Shown: positions 12,521 to 26,027 of the stretch, piece after piece
How the letters are laid out: each line of letters opens with the position of its first letter
Position numbering within the stretch: position 1 is the first letter of the stretch
Source: Heterodontus francisci
Taxonomy: Eukaryota
DNA length: 64,000 nt
Direction of reading: 5' to 3'
Assembly: GCF_036365525.1 (NCBI RefSeq)
Contig: NC_090417.1
Location: 62,001 to 126,000, forward strand
The notes under the pieces: model-generated
The model's input: only the letters and a program-made list of their open reading frames with translations
Database searches by the model: none
Told to the model about the DNA's origin: nothing
Translations under genes and position numbers: made by a program

Positions 12521-12939
12521 GTACCTCCTGTACCCGCCCTCGGGGCACCGACCACTCTGACCAAGTGCAGATGAATTCGAATCATTGTGACAGTCACGGT
12601 GGTGATACTGAAAGTATTGTCAGCAAGTTGCAACTGTTACCCTGTCTGCAGCTAGCGTGCCTCACAGTCACAGGCATTTTAAAGTTCAGCTTTTAATTGC
12701 AGACTCTCACTAGTGAGGGAACATGTTCTGCATTCATCTGTCCATTCCAATTATACTTCTGCTGTGAGGCAAGGGAGGGCTGTGGGAGGAAAGTGCATTA
12801 AGTTGCTGTGGCATTGAGTCATTTAACAAAGAGACAAGAAGCCCAGCCCAGCGGGTGTCTTAACAGCAAGCAGGAATCATTACTGAAGAGTTGTCGCTGA
12901 GCAGCTGACAGGAAAGAAGTGGATTTCCCCGTGGATTAA

Positions 12940-13188
12940 CACACAAGGAGGGGGAGGGGGGGCGGGCTAGGGGCCAGCCCAGGGAGGTGTGGCTCTGCTT
13001 CTGTGTTTGTGAGCTAAGATCGTACTGCTGTCACTGTTGAGCAGACTGCGATAGAAGGACAGTCTTTGTGTGGGTCTGGCAGCGTTTGCCGAACTCGCCC
13101 TCCTGTGCAACCCCTGCGCCCGCTCCGAGAGGCACAAAGTCGCCGGTTGCAACCAAGAGATGGTCACTCGCCCTTTTCAAAGGTAACT
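12940..13188 (+). promoter_or_regulatory. Candidate promoter and non-coding first exon of the HS3ST1-like gene
   Basis: Non-repetitive, CpG-enriched; GC boxes ggggagggggggcggg at about 12951-12966; donor CAAAG|GTAACT at 13182/13183. The link to the gene is inference. Confidence 0.4.
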
Positions 13189-13884
13189 CGTCCACCCTTT
13201 TCCTACTTTTGAAGACGCCAGCGGCTTAAATGCTGTTTGTGCGATTTGGATTCGTTTTAATTACAACGGGGTTTTGAGCGTGTTCAATTTGAATGTTGTC
13301 GGGACGGGGCGTTGGGGGGCTGGTGGGTCAAAGTCCTGAATGAGGAAGCTTGTGGCACCAATACCCGTCTGCAGACGCGGTAGGGTCCCGTTCTCCACGT
13401 CTGCCGATGAACAAGTCGGAATCGAGTGGCGTGTTTCTGTGCTGCAGTCTATTCTCCTCGCACTGTGTACGTTAACACAAAACGGTGTAGTTACCAGGCA
13501 ACTACATAATGTTCCCTGTGCATCAGGAACCCTTGTCTTTCGATCTGTTCTATATATAGCAAATGGGAAAAAAATAATATTTTCAATGTTTCAATTGTCT
13601 CTGGAATTCCTGCCCTAAGCTGCTCCAGCTGGTTACCTCTCTCCCTTCTTTTAAGACAAGAAGTTGCATTTGTATGGCAGCTTTAACAAAGTAATGTTGC
13701 ACATCTGGCAGACGACCAAAAGCTCAGTTCAAGGACCTTGAATTTTAAGGATCAGCTTAAAGTGGAGAGGTTCAGGGTAGGAACGGCAAAGCTTGGGGCC
13801 CAGGCAGCTCAATGCACGCTACCAATGGTGGGATGATTAAAATCGGGGATGCTCACGAGGCGTGCAGAGAGAAAGAGCTTTTTT

Positions 13885-14642
13885 TTTCATTCATTCGTGG
13901 GATGTGGGCATCGCTGGCCAGGTCGAAGTGCCCTCGAGAAGGGGGTGGTGAGCTGCCTTCTTGAACCGCTGCAGTCCATGTGGGGTAAGTGCGCCCACAG
14001 TGCTGTTAGGGAGGGAGAGCCAGGATTTTGACCCAGCGACAGTGAAGGAACGGCGATATAGTTCCAAGTCAGTCCTATGTGTCTGCTGCCCTTGTCCTTC
14101 TAGTTGGTAGAGGGCGCGGGTTTGGAAGGTGCTGTCGAAGTTGGTGAGTTGCTGCAGTGCATCTTGTAGATGGTACACACTGCTGCATCTGTGCGTCGGT
14201 GATGGAGGGAGTGAATGTTTGTGGATGGGGTGCCGATCAAGCGGGCTGCTGTGTCTTGGATGGTGTCGAGCTTCTTGAGTGTTGTTGGAGCTGCACCCAT
14301 CCAGGCAAGTGGAGAGTATTCCACCACACTCCTGACTTGTGCCTTGTAGATGGTGGACAGGCTTTGGGGAGTCAGGAGGTGAGTTACTCACCACAGAATT
14401 CCCAGCCTCTGACCTGCTCTTGTAGCCATAGTATTTATGTAGCTGGTGCAGTTCAGTTTCTGGTCAATGGTAACCCCCAGGATGTTGAGAGTGGGGGATT
14501 CAGTGATGGTAACGCCATTGAACGTCAAGGGCAGATGGTTAGATTCTCTCTTGTTGGAGATGGTCATTGCCTGGCACGTGTGTGGCGCAAATGTCACTTG
14601 CCACGTATCAGCCCAAGCCTGGGCATTGTCCACGTCCTGCTG
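13885..14642 (-). mobile_element. LINE family B, 3' 0.75 kb with tail
   Basis: WADTWQVTFAPH...EYSPLAWMGAAPTTLKKLDTIQD; A-rich tail on the minus strand. Confidence 0.9.
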
Positions 14643-15059
14643 AGGCTGTTGATTCAGTTCCGAGCCTCTGCTAGAATTCCTAACCCCCTTAAACCTGCTG
14701 ATGTAAAGCCGGGAGAATTAGCTGTATGTCATTTGGTTGTGTCACAAAGTTTTGAAGCACACTTTCAACACGACCCCCAAGAAGGATCTAAATCGCCAAG
14801 AATATTGCAACCCTTTCTCTCATTACTTCCTCATTAACAGTTGTTCTTCAGTTTAAAATGTGTGGTCTCTGACTGTATCCTTCCGATGAAGAATTGACAA
14901 AGAGGATCAACAGCCTATCAGCAGACTGGAAAATACAGTTCTATTGACTTGCATCTTGGGAGCTATGAACCCATTGGTTAGCTGGGATTATTGACTGGTT
15001 ACTGATCGTGTCCAGTCAGTATGAAGCTTTTACCGACCAATTGAAGTCAAAAGTTTAGG

Positions 15060-15845
15060 GGTGGTGTCGTGGTAATGCCATTAGACTAGTAAGGCTCCTT
15101 TAATGTGGCACCCAGAATTGGATGCAATACTCCAGTTGAGGCCAAACTAGTGTCTAATACAAGTTTAACATAACTTCCTTGCTCTTGTACTCTATACCTC
15201 TATTAATACAGCCCAGGATACTGTATGCTTTATGGACCACGCTCTCAACCTGTCCTGCCACCTTCAATGATTTATGCACATCTACACTGAGGTCCCTCTG
15301 CTCCTGCATCCCCTTTAGAATCGTACCCTTTATTCCATATTGTATCTCCATGTTCTTCCTATCAAAATGAATCACATTTCTCTGCATTGAACTTCATCTG
15401 CCACCTGTCTGCCCATTCCCCCATCTTGTCTGTGTCCTTTTGAAGTTCTACACCATCCCCCTCACACGTCACAATGATGGCCATGAAACCATTGCCACTT
15501 GTTATAAAAACTCAACTGGTGCACTAATGTCCTTTAGGGAATGGAAATCCGCCATCCTTCCCTGGTCTGGCCTACATGTGAATCCAGACCCACAGCAATG
15601 TGGTTGGCTCTTAAATGCCCTCACGCTACACAGTGACGGCAGTGTGTACCAGCTACAAGATGCACTGCAGAAACTCGTCTAGGCTCCTTTGACAGCACCT
15701 TCCAAACCCGCGACCTCTACCACCTAGAAGGACAAGGGCAGCAGGTGCATGGGCGCACCACCGCCTGCAAGTTGCCCTCCAAGCCACACACCATCCTGTC
15801 TTGGAACTATATCGCCGTTCCTTCACTGTCGCTGGGTCAAAAGCT
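15060..15845. mobile_element. Nested cluster: tRNA-derived SINE split by a CR1 fragment (15095-15460, -), followed by a LINE family B piece (+)
   Basis: SINE head gtggtgtcgtggtaatgccattagactagtaa; CR1 GIEYKSKEVMLNLY; family B cagcaccttccaaacccgcgacctcta. Confidence 0.65.
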
Positions 15846-15908
15846 GGTTGCTTCTCACTTTAAATATCCTTCACGCACAAGCGCCAAATAAATACATCCA
15901 ATTTAATT

Positions 15909-18402
15909 AAAAGCAAAATACTGCGGATGCTGGAAATCTGAAATAAAAACAAGAAATGCTGGAATCACTCAGCAGGCCTGGCAGCATCTGTGAAAAGAGA
16001 AGCAGAGTTAACGTTTCGGGTCAGTGACCCTTCTTCGGAACTGACAAATATTAGAAAAGTCACAGGTTATAAGCAAGTGAGGTGGGGGTGGGGCAAGAGA
16101 TAACAAAGGAGAAGGTGTAGATTGGACCAGGCCACATAGCTGACCAAAAGGTCACGGAGCAAAGGCAAACAATATGTTAATGGTGTGTTGAAAGACAAAG
16201 CATTAGTACAGATAGGGTATTAATGCACTGAATATTGAACAGCAGCAAGTCCAAACCTGAGAAAAACAGTGGGTAAGCAAACTAAACAAACTAAGATGAA
16301 ATGAAATAAATGCAACAAAAAAAAAAGATTGTAAAAAGAAGAAAAAATAACTAAAAATGAAAGTAAAATGGGGGGCTGTCATGCTCTGAAATTATTGAAC
16401 TCAATGTTCAGTCCGGCAGGCTGTAGTGTGCCTAATCGGTAAATGAGATGCTGTTCCTCGAGCTTGCGTTGATGTTCACTGGAACACTGCAGCAATCCCA
16501 GGACAGAGATGTGAGCATGAGAGCCGGGGGGAGTGTTGAAATGGCAAGCAACCGGAAGCTCAGGGTCCTGCTTGCGGACTGAGCGGAGATGTTCCGCAAA
16601 GCGGTCACCCAGTCTGCGCTTGGTCTCCCCAATGTAGAGGAGACCACACTGTGAGCAGCGAATACAGTATACTACATTGAAAGAAGTACAAGTAAATCGC
16701 TGCTTCACCTGAAAGGAGTGTTTGGGGCCTGGGATAGTGAGGAGAGAGGAGGTAAATGGGCAGGTATTACACCTCCTGCGATTGTAGGGCAAAGTGCCAT
16801 GGGACGGGGTCGAGGTGGTGGGGGTAATGGAGGAGTGGACCAGGGTGTCGCGGAGGGAATGATCCCTTCGGAATGCTGACAGGGGAAGGGAGGGGAAGAT
16901 GCGACTGGTAGTGGCATCACGCTGGAGGTGGCGGAAATGACGGAGGATGATCCTTTGGATATGGAGGCTGATGGGGTGGAAAGTGAGGACAAGGGGAACC
17001 CTGTCACGGTTCTGGGAGGGAGGGGAAGGGGTGAGGGTAGAGGTGCGGGGAATGGGCCGGACACGGTTGAGGGCCCTGTCAACCACAGTCGGGGAAATCC
17101 TCGGTTGAGGAAAAAGGAGGTCATATCAGAAGCACCGTCATGGAAGGTAGCATCATCAGAGCAGATGCGTCGGAGACGGAGAAACTGGGAGAATGGAATG
17201 GAGTCCTTACAGGAGGTAGGGTGTGAAGAAGTGTAGTCGAGGTAGCTGTGGGAGTCAGTGGGCTTATAATGGATATTGGTAGACAACCTATCCCCAGAGA
17301 TGGAGACAGAGAAGTCGAGGAAGGGAAGTGTCAGAGATGGACCATGTAAAGGTGAGAGAAGGGTGGAAATTGGAAGCAAAGTTGATAAAGTTTTCCAGTT
17401 CGGGGTGGGAGCAGGAAACGGCACCGATACAGTCATCAATGTACCGGAAAAAGAGTTGGGGGAGGGGGCCTGAGTAGGACTGGAACAAAGAATGCTCGAC
17501 ATATCCCACAAAAAGACAGGCATAACTAGGACCCATGCGGGTACCCATAGCGACACCTTTTCCTTGAAGGAAGTGCGTGGAGTTGAAGGAGAAGTTGTTC
17601 AATGTGAGAACAAGTTCAGTCAGGCGGAGGAGGGTGTTGGTGGATGGGGACTGGTTGGGCCTCTGTTCCAGGAAGAAGCGGAGAGCCCTCAAACCATCCT
17701 GGTGGGGGATGGAGGTGTCGAGCGATTGGACGTCCATAGTGAAGAGGAGGCGGTTGGGACCAGATAACTGGAAATTGTCAAAATGACGTAGGGCGTCAGA
17801 AGAGTCACGGATGTAGGTGGGAAGAGACTGGACCAGCGGAGAAAAGATAGACTCTAGATAGGAAGAAATAAGTTCAGTGGGGCAGGAGCAGGCTGACACA
17901 ATGGGTCTGCCGGGACAGTCCCGTTTGTGGATTTTGGGAAGGAGGTAGAAGCGGGCTGTCCGGTGTTGTGGGACTATGAGGTTGGAAGCTGTAGAGGGAA
18001 GATCTCCAGAGGAGATGAGGTCAGTGACAGTCCTTTGGACGGTGGCTTGATGTTCGGTGGTGGGGCCTTGGTCCAGAGGGAGGTAGGAAGACGTGTCTGT
18101 GAGTTGGCGTTGAGCTTCTGCAAGTGAGAGGTCGGTACGCCATACGACAACACCACCCTTGTCTGCAGGTTTGATGACCATGTCAGGGTTAGACCTGAGA
18201 GAACGGAGTGCCTCAAGTTCAGAGGGGGACAGGTTAGAGTGAGTGAGGGGGGGCAGAGAAATTGAGATGACCAATGTCTCGCCGACAGTTTTCAATGAAG
18301 AGATCAAGAGCGGGTAAGAGGCCAGGGGGAGGGGTCCAGGTAGAGGGAGAATGCTGGAGGCGGATGAATGGGTCTGCTGGTCGTGCCGAGGACTCCTGGT
18401 CA
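15909..18402 (-). mobile_element. Penelope-like retroelement family 1, 5'-truncated (RT, GIY-YIG endonuclease, 3' UTR), frameshifted
   Basis: KPADKGG, FYLLPKIHK, GRPIVS, GVAMGTRMGPSYA, FRYIDD; endonuclease VVYCIRCSQCGLLYIGETKRRLGDRFAEH; spread over three overlapping ORFs. Confidence 0.95.
16006..16042 (-). ncRNA. Minimal type I hammerhead ribozyme motif in the Penelope 3' UTR (core U4>C)
   Basis: Minus strand reads AGUU-CCGAAGA-A-GGGUC acu GACCC-GAA-ACGU-U-AACU: stem I AGUU/AACU, stem II GGGUC/GACCC, palindromic stem III ACGU. Confidence 0.65.
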
Positions 18403-18804
18403 AACATCCAATTTAACTCTGGCCTTCCCATCCCTTGACGGGTTAACTATTTTCACTGAAGTTCTTGGCCACAGAATTCAGACACCTCCATTACTCGGTG
18501 CTAGTTGCTGCCGTCAACTCTCTATGAACTGCAGTGTCAGCCTGGTTTTTTTTTTCGTGCTTAAGCCCTGGAGGGATTTGAACCCACAAACCTTCTGACA
18601 GGTTTCTGAGTGGTGCGGTCCATGTTGAGGAACGTTGTCTTGACATCAACGATAGTGCAGGAGCCATTTGTTCCCATGCAATCGGGGCAGTAGTACATAC
18701 ACACGCCCTTGGACTACAGCATGACAGAGAGAATGAGCAGAGGCCACAGAGCGTGGGATAGGCTGCTGGAAGAGGGAGGAGGGTGAGGTCAAGCGGGGGT
18801 CGGG

Positions 18805-18821
18805 TGCTGCCCTCTAGTGTC
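18805..18821 (-). promoter_or_regulatory. CTCF-like motif
   Basis: Minus strand GACACTAGAGGGCAGCA against core consensus CCASYAGRKGGCRS. Motif only. Confidence 0.35.
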
Positions 18822-19129
18822 TCAGCTCACACATGACAAATGGTCACCTGGGCAAAGCCCATTCTCACATCACATGGAACTGATGGGATGACACGTTGTT
18901 TCAAGAACAATTTCCATGAATCGGCAACTTGTAACTAGGCAACAATGGGCAATAGTGAGTGTTGGCAGGATGTTTGGCCATGGTGTACATAGCTGCTCAG
19001 CCAATCCCATCAGCCAAAGTCATCAGTATCTGCGCATGTCCAACAAGCACTGACCTAAAAGCCAATGGACCTTCCCGTCCCCACCCCACAGGAGGGGAAA
19101 CATAATTGTAGCTCCCTTTACCGCTGTTC

Positions 19130-22100
19130 CGGGCACCAGTAAATGGGGAATTGGGGGAGGGGCACCAGTAAATTGGGGAAATGTTCGAGGCAGCAGTAAG
19201 TGGGGGAAATTGGGAGGGGCACCAGTAAATTGGGGAAATGTTCGAGGCAGCAGTAAGTGGGGGAAATTGGGAGGGGCACCAGTAAATGGGGAATTGGGAC
19301 GGAGTCACCAGTAAATAGGAGAATAGGGGGAGGGGCACCAGTAAATGGGGAATTGGAACGGAGTCACCAGTAAATAGGAGAATAGGGGGAGGGGCACCAG
19401 AAAATGGGGAATTGGAGGAGGGGCACCAGTAAATGGGGGAGTTGGGAGGCACCAGTAAGTGGGGGAATTGGGGGAGGGGCACCTGTAAATGGGGAATTGG
19501 GACGGAGGCAGGAGTAAATGGGGAATTGGGACGGAGTCACCAGTAAATAGGAGAATAGGGGGAGGGGCACCAAAAAATGGGGAATTGAGAAGTGCACCAG
19601 TAAATGGGGGAATTGGGGGAGGTGCACCAGTAAATGGGGGATTGGGGAGGGACACCAGAAAATGGAGGAATTGGGGGGGTACCAGGAAATGGGGGAATTG
19701 GGGGAGGGGCACCAGTAAACGGGGGAATTGGGGGAGGGTCACCGTTAAATGGGGAATTGGGGGAGGGGCACCAGTAAATGGAGGATTGGGGGAGGGGCAC
19801 CAGTAAATTGGGGAAATGTTCGAGGCAGCAGTAAGTGGGGGAAATTTGGGAGGGGCACCAGTAAATGGGGAATTGGGACGGAGTCACCAGTAAATAGGAG
19901 AATAGGGGGAGGGGCACCAGTAAATGGGGAATTGGGACGGAGTCACCAGTAAATAGGAGAATAGGGGGAGGGGCACCAGTAAATGGGGGAATTGAGAAGT
20001 GCACCAGTAAATGGGGGATTGGGGGGGGGGTACCAGGAAATGGGGGAATTGGGGGAGGGGCACCAGAAAATTGGGGAAATGTTCGAGGCAGCAGTAAGTG
20101 GGGGAAATTGGGAGGGGCACCAGTAAATGGGGAATTGGGACGGAGTCACCAGTAAATAGGAGAATAGGGGGAGGGGCACCAGTAAATGGGGAATTGGGAC
20201 GGAGTCACCAGTAAATAGGAGAATAGGGGGAGGGGCACCAGAAAATGGGGAATTGGAGGAGGGGCACCAGTAAATGGGGGATTGGGGAGGGACACCAGTA
20301 AATGGGGGAATTGGGGGGGGACACCAGTAAATGGGGGAATTGGGGGAGGGGCACCAGTAAATGGATTGGGGGAGGAGCACCAGTAAATGGGGGAATTGGG
20401 GGAGTGGCACCAGTAAATGGGGGAATTGGGGGAGTGGCACCAGTAAATGGGGGAATTGGGGGAGTGGCACCAGTAAATGGGGGAATTGGGGGAGTGGCAC
20501 CAGTAAATGGGGGAATTGGGGAAGGGGCACCAGTAAATGAGGAATTGAGGGAGGGACACCAGTAAATGGCGAATTGGGGGGTGGGCACCAGTAAATGGGG
20601 GATTGCGGAGGGTGCCAGTATATAGGGGATTGGGGCAAGGGACCAGTAAATGGGGAATTGGGGGAGGGGGCACCAGTAAATGGGGGAATTGGGGGAGGGG
20701 CACCTGTAAATGGGGGAATTGGGAGGTACCAGGAAATGGGAGAATTGGGGGAGGGGGCACCAGTAAATGGGGAAGGGGCACCAGTAAATGGGGAATTGGG
20801 CTAGGGGCACCAGTAAATGGGGGAATTGGGGGAGTGGCACCAGTAAATGGGGAATTGTGGGAGGGGCACCAATAAATGGGGGAATTGGGGGAGCGACACC
20901 AGTAAACGGGGAATAGGGGGAGGGGCACCAGTAAATGGGGGAATTGGGGGAGTGGCACCAGTAAATAGGGAATTGTGGGAGGGGCACCAGTAAATGGGGG
21001 AATTGGGGGAGTGGCACCAGTAAATAGGGAATTGTGGGAGGGGCACCAGTAAATGGGGGAATTGGGGGAGCGACACCAGTAAATGGGGAATAGGGGGAGG
21101 GGCACCAGTAAATGGATTAGGGCAGGGGCACCGGTAAATGGGGAATTGGGGGAGGGGCACCTGTAAATTGGGGAATTGGGGGTGGAGCACCAGTAAATGG
21201 GGAATTGGGGGAGCGGCACCGTTAAATGGGGAATTGGGGAGGGGCACCAGTAAATGGAGGATTGGGGGAGGGGCACCAGTAAATTGGGGAATTGGGGAGG
21301 GGCCCCAGTAAATGGGGAATTGGGGAGGGTGCCAGTAAATAGGGGATTGGGGCAAGGGACCAGTAAATGGGGAATTGGGGAGGGGCACCAGTAAATTGGG
21401 GAATTTTGGGAAGGTCACCGTTAAATGGGGAATTGGGGGAGGGGTACCAGTAAGTGGCAGATTGGGGGAGGGGCACCAGTAAATGAGGAATTGAGGGAGG
21501 GACACCAGTAAATGGCGAATTGGGGGAGGGGCACCAGTAAATGGGGGATTGGGGAGGGTGCCAGTATCTCGGGGATTGGGGCAAGGGACCAGTAAATGGG
21601 GAATTGGGGAGGGGCACCAGTAAATTGGGGAATTTTGGGAAGGTCACCGTTAAATGGGGAATTGGGGGAGGGGTACCAGTAAGTGGCAGATTGGGGGAGG
21701 GGCACCAGTAAATGAGGAATTGAGGGAGGGACACCAGTAAATGGCGAATTGGGGGAGGGGCACCAGTAAATGGGGGATTGGGGAGGGTGCCAGTATCTCG
21801 GGGATTGGGGCAAGGGACCAGTAAATGGGTAATTGGGGGAGGGGCACCAGTAAATGGATTAGGGCAGGGGCACCGGTAAATGGGGAATTGGGGGAGGGGC
21901 ACCAGTAAATGGGGAAGGGGCACCGGTAAATGGGGGAATTGGGGGAGTGGCACCAGTGAATAGGGAATTGAGGGAGGGGCACCAGTAAATGGGGGAAATA
22001 GGGGGAGGGGGCACCAGTAAATGGAGGAATTGGGGGAACGACACCAGTAAATGGGGGAATTAGGGGAGTGGCACCAGTGAATAGGGAATTGAGGGAGGGG

Positions 22101-23578
22101 CACCAGTAAATGGGGGAATTGGGGGTGGGGCACCAGTAAATGGATTAGGGCAGGGGCACCGGTAAATGGGGAATTGGGGGAGGTGCACCAGTAAATTGGG
22201 GAATTGGGGGAGGGTCACCGGTAAATGGCGAATTGGGGGAGGGCACCAGTAAATGGGGGATTGGGGAGGGAGCCAGTAAATTGGGGAATTGGGGGAGGGT
22301 CACCGGTAAATGGCGAATTGGGGGAGGGACACCAGTAAATGGCGAATTGGGGGAGGGCACCAGTAAATGGGGGATTGGGGAGGGAGCCAGTAAATAGGGG
22401 ATTGGGGGAGGGTCACCGTTAAATTGGGGAATTGGGGGAGGGCACCAGTAAATGGGGGATTGGGGAGGGTGCCAGTAAATGGGGGATTGAGGCAAGGGAC
22501 CAGTAAATGGGGAATTGGGGGAGGGGCACCAGTAAATGGGGAATTGGGGGAGGGGCACCAGTAAATAGGGAATTGGGGGAGGGGCACCAGTAAATGGGGA
22601 ATTGGGGGAGGGGCACCAGTAAATGGGGAATTGGGGGAGGGGCACCAGTAAATGGGGGGAATTGGGGGAGGGGCACCAGTAAATGGGGAATTGGGGAGGG
22701 GCACCAGTAAATGGGGAATTGGGGAGGGGCACCAGTAAATGGGGAATTGGGGAGGGGCACCAGTAAATGGGGAATTGGGGGAGGGGCACCAGTAAATGGG
22801 GAATTGGGGGAGGGGCACCAGTAAATGGGGAATTGGGGGAGGGGCACCAGTAAATAGGGAATTGGGGATGGGGCACCAGTAAATGGGGAATTGGGGGAGG
22901 GGCACCAGTAAATGGGGAATTGGGGAGGGGCACCAGTAAATGGGGAATTGGGGGAGGGGCACCTGTTAATGGGGGAATTTGGGGGAGGGGCACCTGTAAA
23001 TGGGGGATTGGGGAGGTACCAGTAAATGGGGGATTGGGGAGGTACCAGTAAATGGGGGAATTGGGGGCGGGACACCAGTAAATGGGGGAATTGGGGGCGG
23101 GACACCAGTAAATGGGGGAATTGGGAGGTACCAGGAAATGGGGGAATTGGGGGAGGGGCACCAGTAAACGGGGGAATTGGGGGAGTGGCACCAGTAAACG
23201 GGGGAATTGGGGGAGTGGCACCAGTAAATAGGGAATTGAGGGAGCGGCACCAGTAAATGGGGGAATTGGGGGAGGGGCACCAGTAAATGGGGGATTGGGG
23301 AGGGTGCCAGTAAATAGGGGATTGGGACAAGGGACCAGTAAATGGGGAATTGGGGGAGGGGCACCAGTAAATGGGGGAATTGGGAGGGACACCAGTAATT
23401 GGGGAGGGGCACCTGTAAATAGGGAATTGGGGGAGGGGCACCAGTAAATGGAGGATTGGGGGCGGGGCACCAGTAAATGGGGGAATTGGAGGAGGGGCAC
23501 CAGTAACTGGGGGTTTGGGGGAGGGGTTCCAGCAAATGAGGGTATTGGGAGAGGGCACCCGTAAATGGGGGATTGGGT
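19130..23578. repeat. G-rich minisatellite, about 29-30-bp unit (GGGGCACCAGTAAATGGGGAATTGGGGGA), about 150 copies
   Basis: Direct tandem repetition over about 4.4 kb, with variant sub-arrays and a 229-bp higher-order repeat at 21351-21818. Confidence 0.97.
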
Positions 23579-24435
23579 GCAACCCCCAACTGGATGGCCA
23601 GTGGCCTCAGCTGCGGCAATGATATGGCAGTTGAGGGCGGAGGGTTCGAGCAAGATGGAGGACTGGCCACATTCCCCAACCTCACGGCCCCCCCCCCCCC
23701 CCACCCCACCCCGCAAATCCTGGCCTGCCACTTGCTGTTCCTATCGGCCGTGTTTTGGCCTCAATGTCAGGGGCAGTGCCTAGCTGCCGAGTGGAAAATT
23801 CCAGTTGTCGTCTGCTCTTAATGGGCCCTTGATTAAAGTTAAGGGCAGTTACTGCAGGGCTGCAGTACAGGGTAAGTGACTGAGAGGGTGCTTCAACAAT
23901 TAGGTGCCCTCTGAACCACTTTTTAAAAAAACAGATACATTAGCCAGGCTGCCACTGTGAGGGCATGGGAAACCCCTCCACAGGATGGTCGTTGTCTGTA
24001 TCCCCAACAAGGTAGGCACAGAAGCACTGGCACCCCCCCCCCCCCCCCGCCTGCCACTGGACACCCGCCTCCAGGTAGGGTTGGCGAAGCTGGGGGTTGT
24101 TCTTACAGCAGAGAAAGTTGAGATGCGATTTGGCTGAGGTGTTCCCATTGGGCGGAAGAATGGAGGAAAAAAAGAGGGCACGGGTTTCGGCTAATTGGCA
24201 ATAAGAGGCAACAAGTAGTTATCTCAAGAGAAAACTTAGGCGTGGGCTATGGGGGAAAAGGCAGGAGATTGGGACTTAGTTGAGTTGCTATGGCAGGGAG
24301 AGCACGATCACCCCTGATGTTTTACTTTTTGTTTTACAACAGCTGGAGCTCAACCATGTTCTGCCAAGGCACATAAGGGTTTCCGCACAGCGTTCGGGAG
24401 CGTGTTCCGCTGAGGGTTTGCTTGGCTCCCTCCTG

Positions 24436-24600
24436 ATGACCTGGCCCGTCGCTGGAGTGCTGATCCTTCTACTGAAGGTATCTCTACACCTTTCGAGTGG
24501 ACGGCCAACGAGTCTGGCATTCCCAGACCGCAGACACCCCGTGAAGCTGCCAGCGCAGAAAAGGGACGTCCCACCCATGGGTGCCAATGCCACTCGCAAG
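24436..24600 (+). CDS. HS3ST1-like: Heparan sulfate glucosamine 3-O-sulfotransferase 1-like, coding exon 1 (signal peptide and stem, 55 aa)
   Basis: MTWPVAGVLILLLKVSLHLSSG hydrophobic leader; exon acceptor tttttgttttacaacag| at 24342; donor AAG|GTATGT at 24600/24601 in phase 0, giving ...GANATRK|VPQSIIIG. Confidence 0.85.
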
Positions 24601-24985
24601 GTATGTCAACCCTCGCGACCATTTCACCGAGGGCTTCAGCCAACGCAAGGCGCTGACCAACCCAGGGCGCGATCCGCCCCGCGTGGCTTGCTCGTCGCAT
24701 CAAATTACATCGACGTTGCCGGCCATTCGGCCCGACTGCCCCACGACCCCCCCCCCCCCCCCCCCCCCCCCCCGTCATTTCACGGTGTCCCTTTCTCTCG
24801 CTGTCGGGTCGGAATTCCGCTGGTGTTAACCCTCCCCGGTGGATTCAGGAGCTTTTTCCGTGCTCCGCGCTTGCAGGCAAACCCTCCCCCCCGCCATCCC
24901 GGTCGGGGTGATACGCTTCTGAGGATTCATGATCCCCTTGCGGGAGTTTCAGAGATATCAATGTACGGTGGGCTAACCTCACTGA

Positions 24986-25768
<783 letters not shown>

Positions 25769-26021
25769 AGCAGGACAGTCGCGGGTCCACCTCTCTCTGT
25801 CCCTGTGCAGGTACAAGATACAAGTCCCTCCACTAAGAGACAAACAAAAGTTGTCTCATTAATGTAAGGATACAAACAATGGTCATGAAAATTTTCTGCG
25901 CACTTCAGCCACAGTTAATTCCGAGGCACTGATCTTTAGCTCTGGCAGTTCGAACTGGAATTGAATCTGGGGATCGGTCGTCTAACCACAGGCTGAGTGG
26001 TTACTGTTCAATTACATTTGC

Positions 26022-26027
26022 AATAAA
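26022..26027 (+). terminator. Polyadenylation signal of the HS3ST1-like gene
   Basis: AATAAA about 250 nt after the stop codon. Confidence 0.6.

Noticed and set aside
19130-23578. CRISPR-like array
   Set aside because: Head-to-tail tandem units with no unique spacers, no cas genes, and a eukaryotic context.
18997-23821. Many long Pro-rich or Gly-rich ORFs (up to 528 aa)
   Set aside because: They are translations of the 29-30-bp minisatellite, whose C-rich strand is largely stop-free in all frames; no splice or domain evidence.
23866-23878. Strong donor CAGG|GTAAGT as an HS3ST1-like 5' exon end
   Set aside because: It lies in MITE-like repeat sequence with no convincing acceptor or promoter, and cannot be supported without transcript data.
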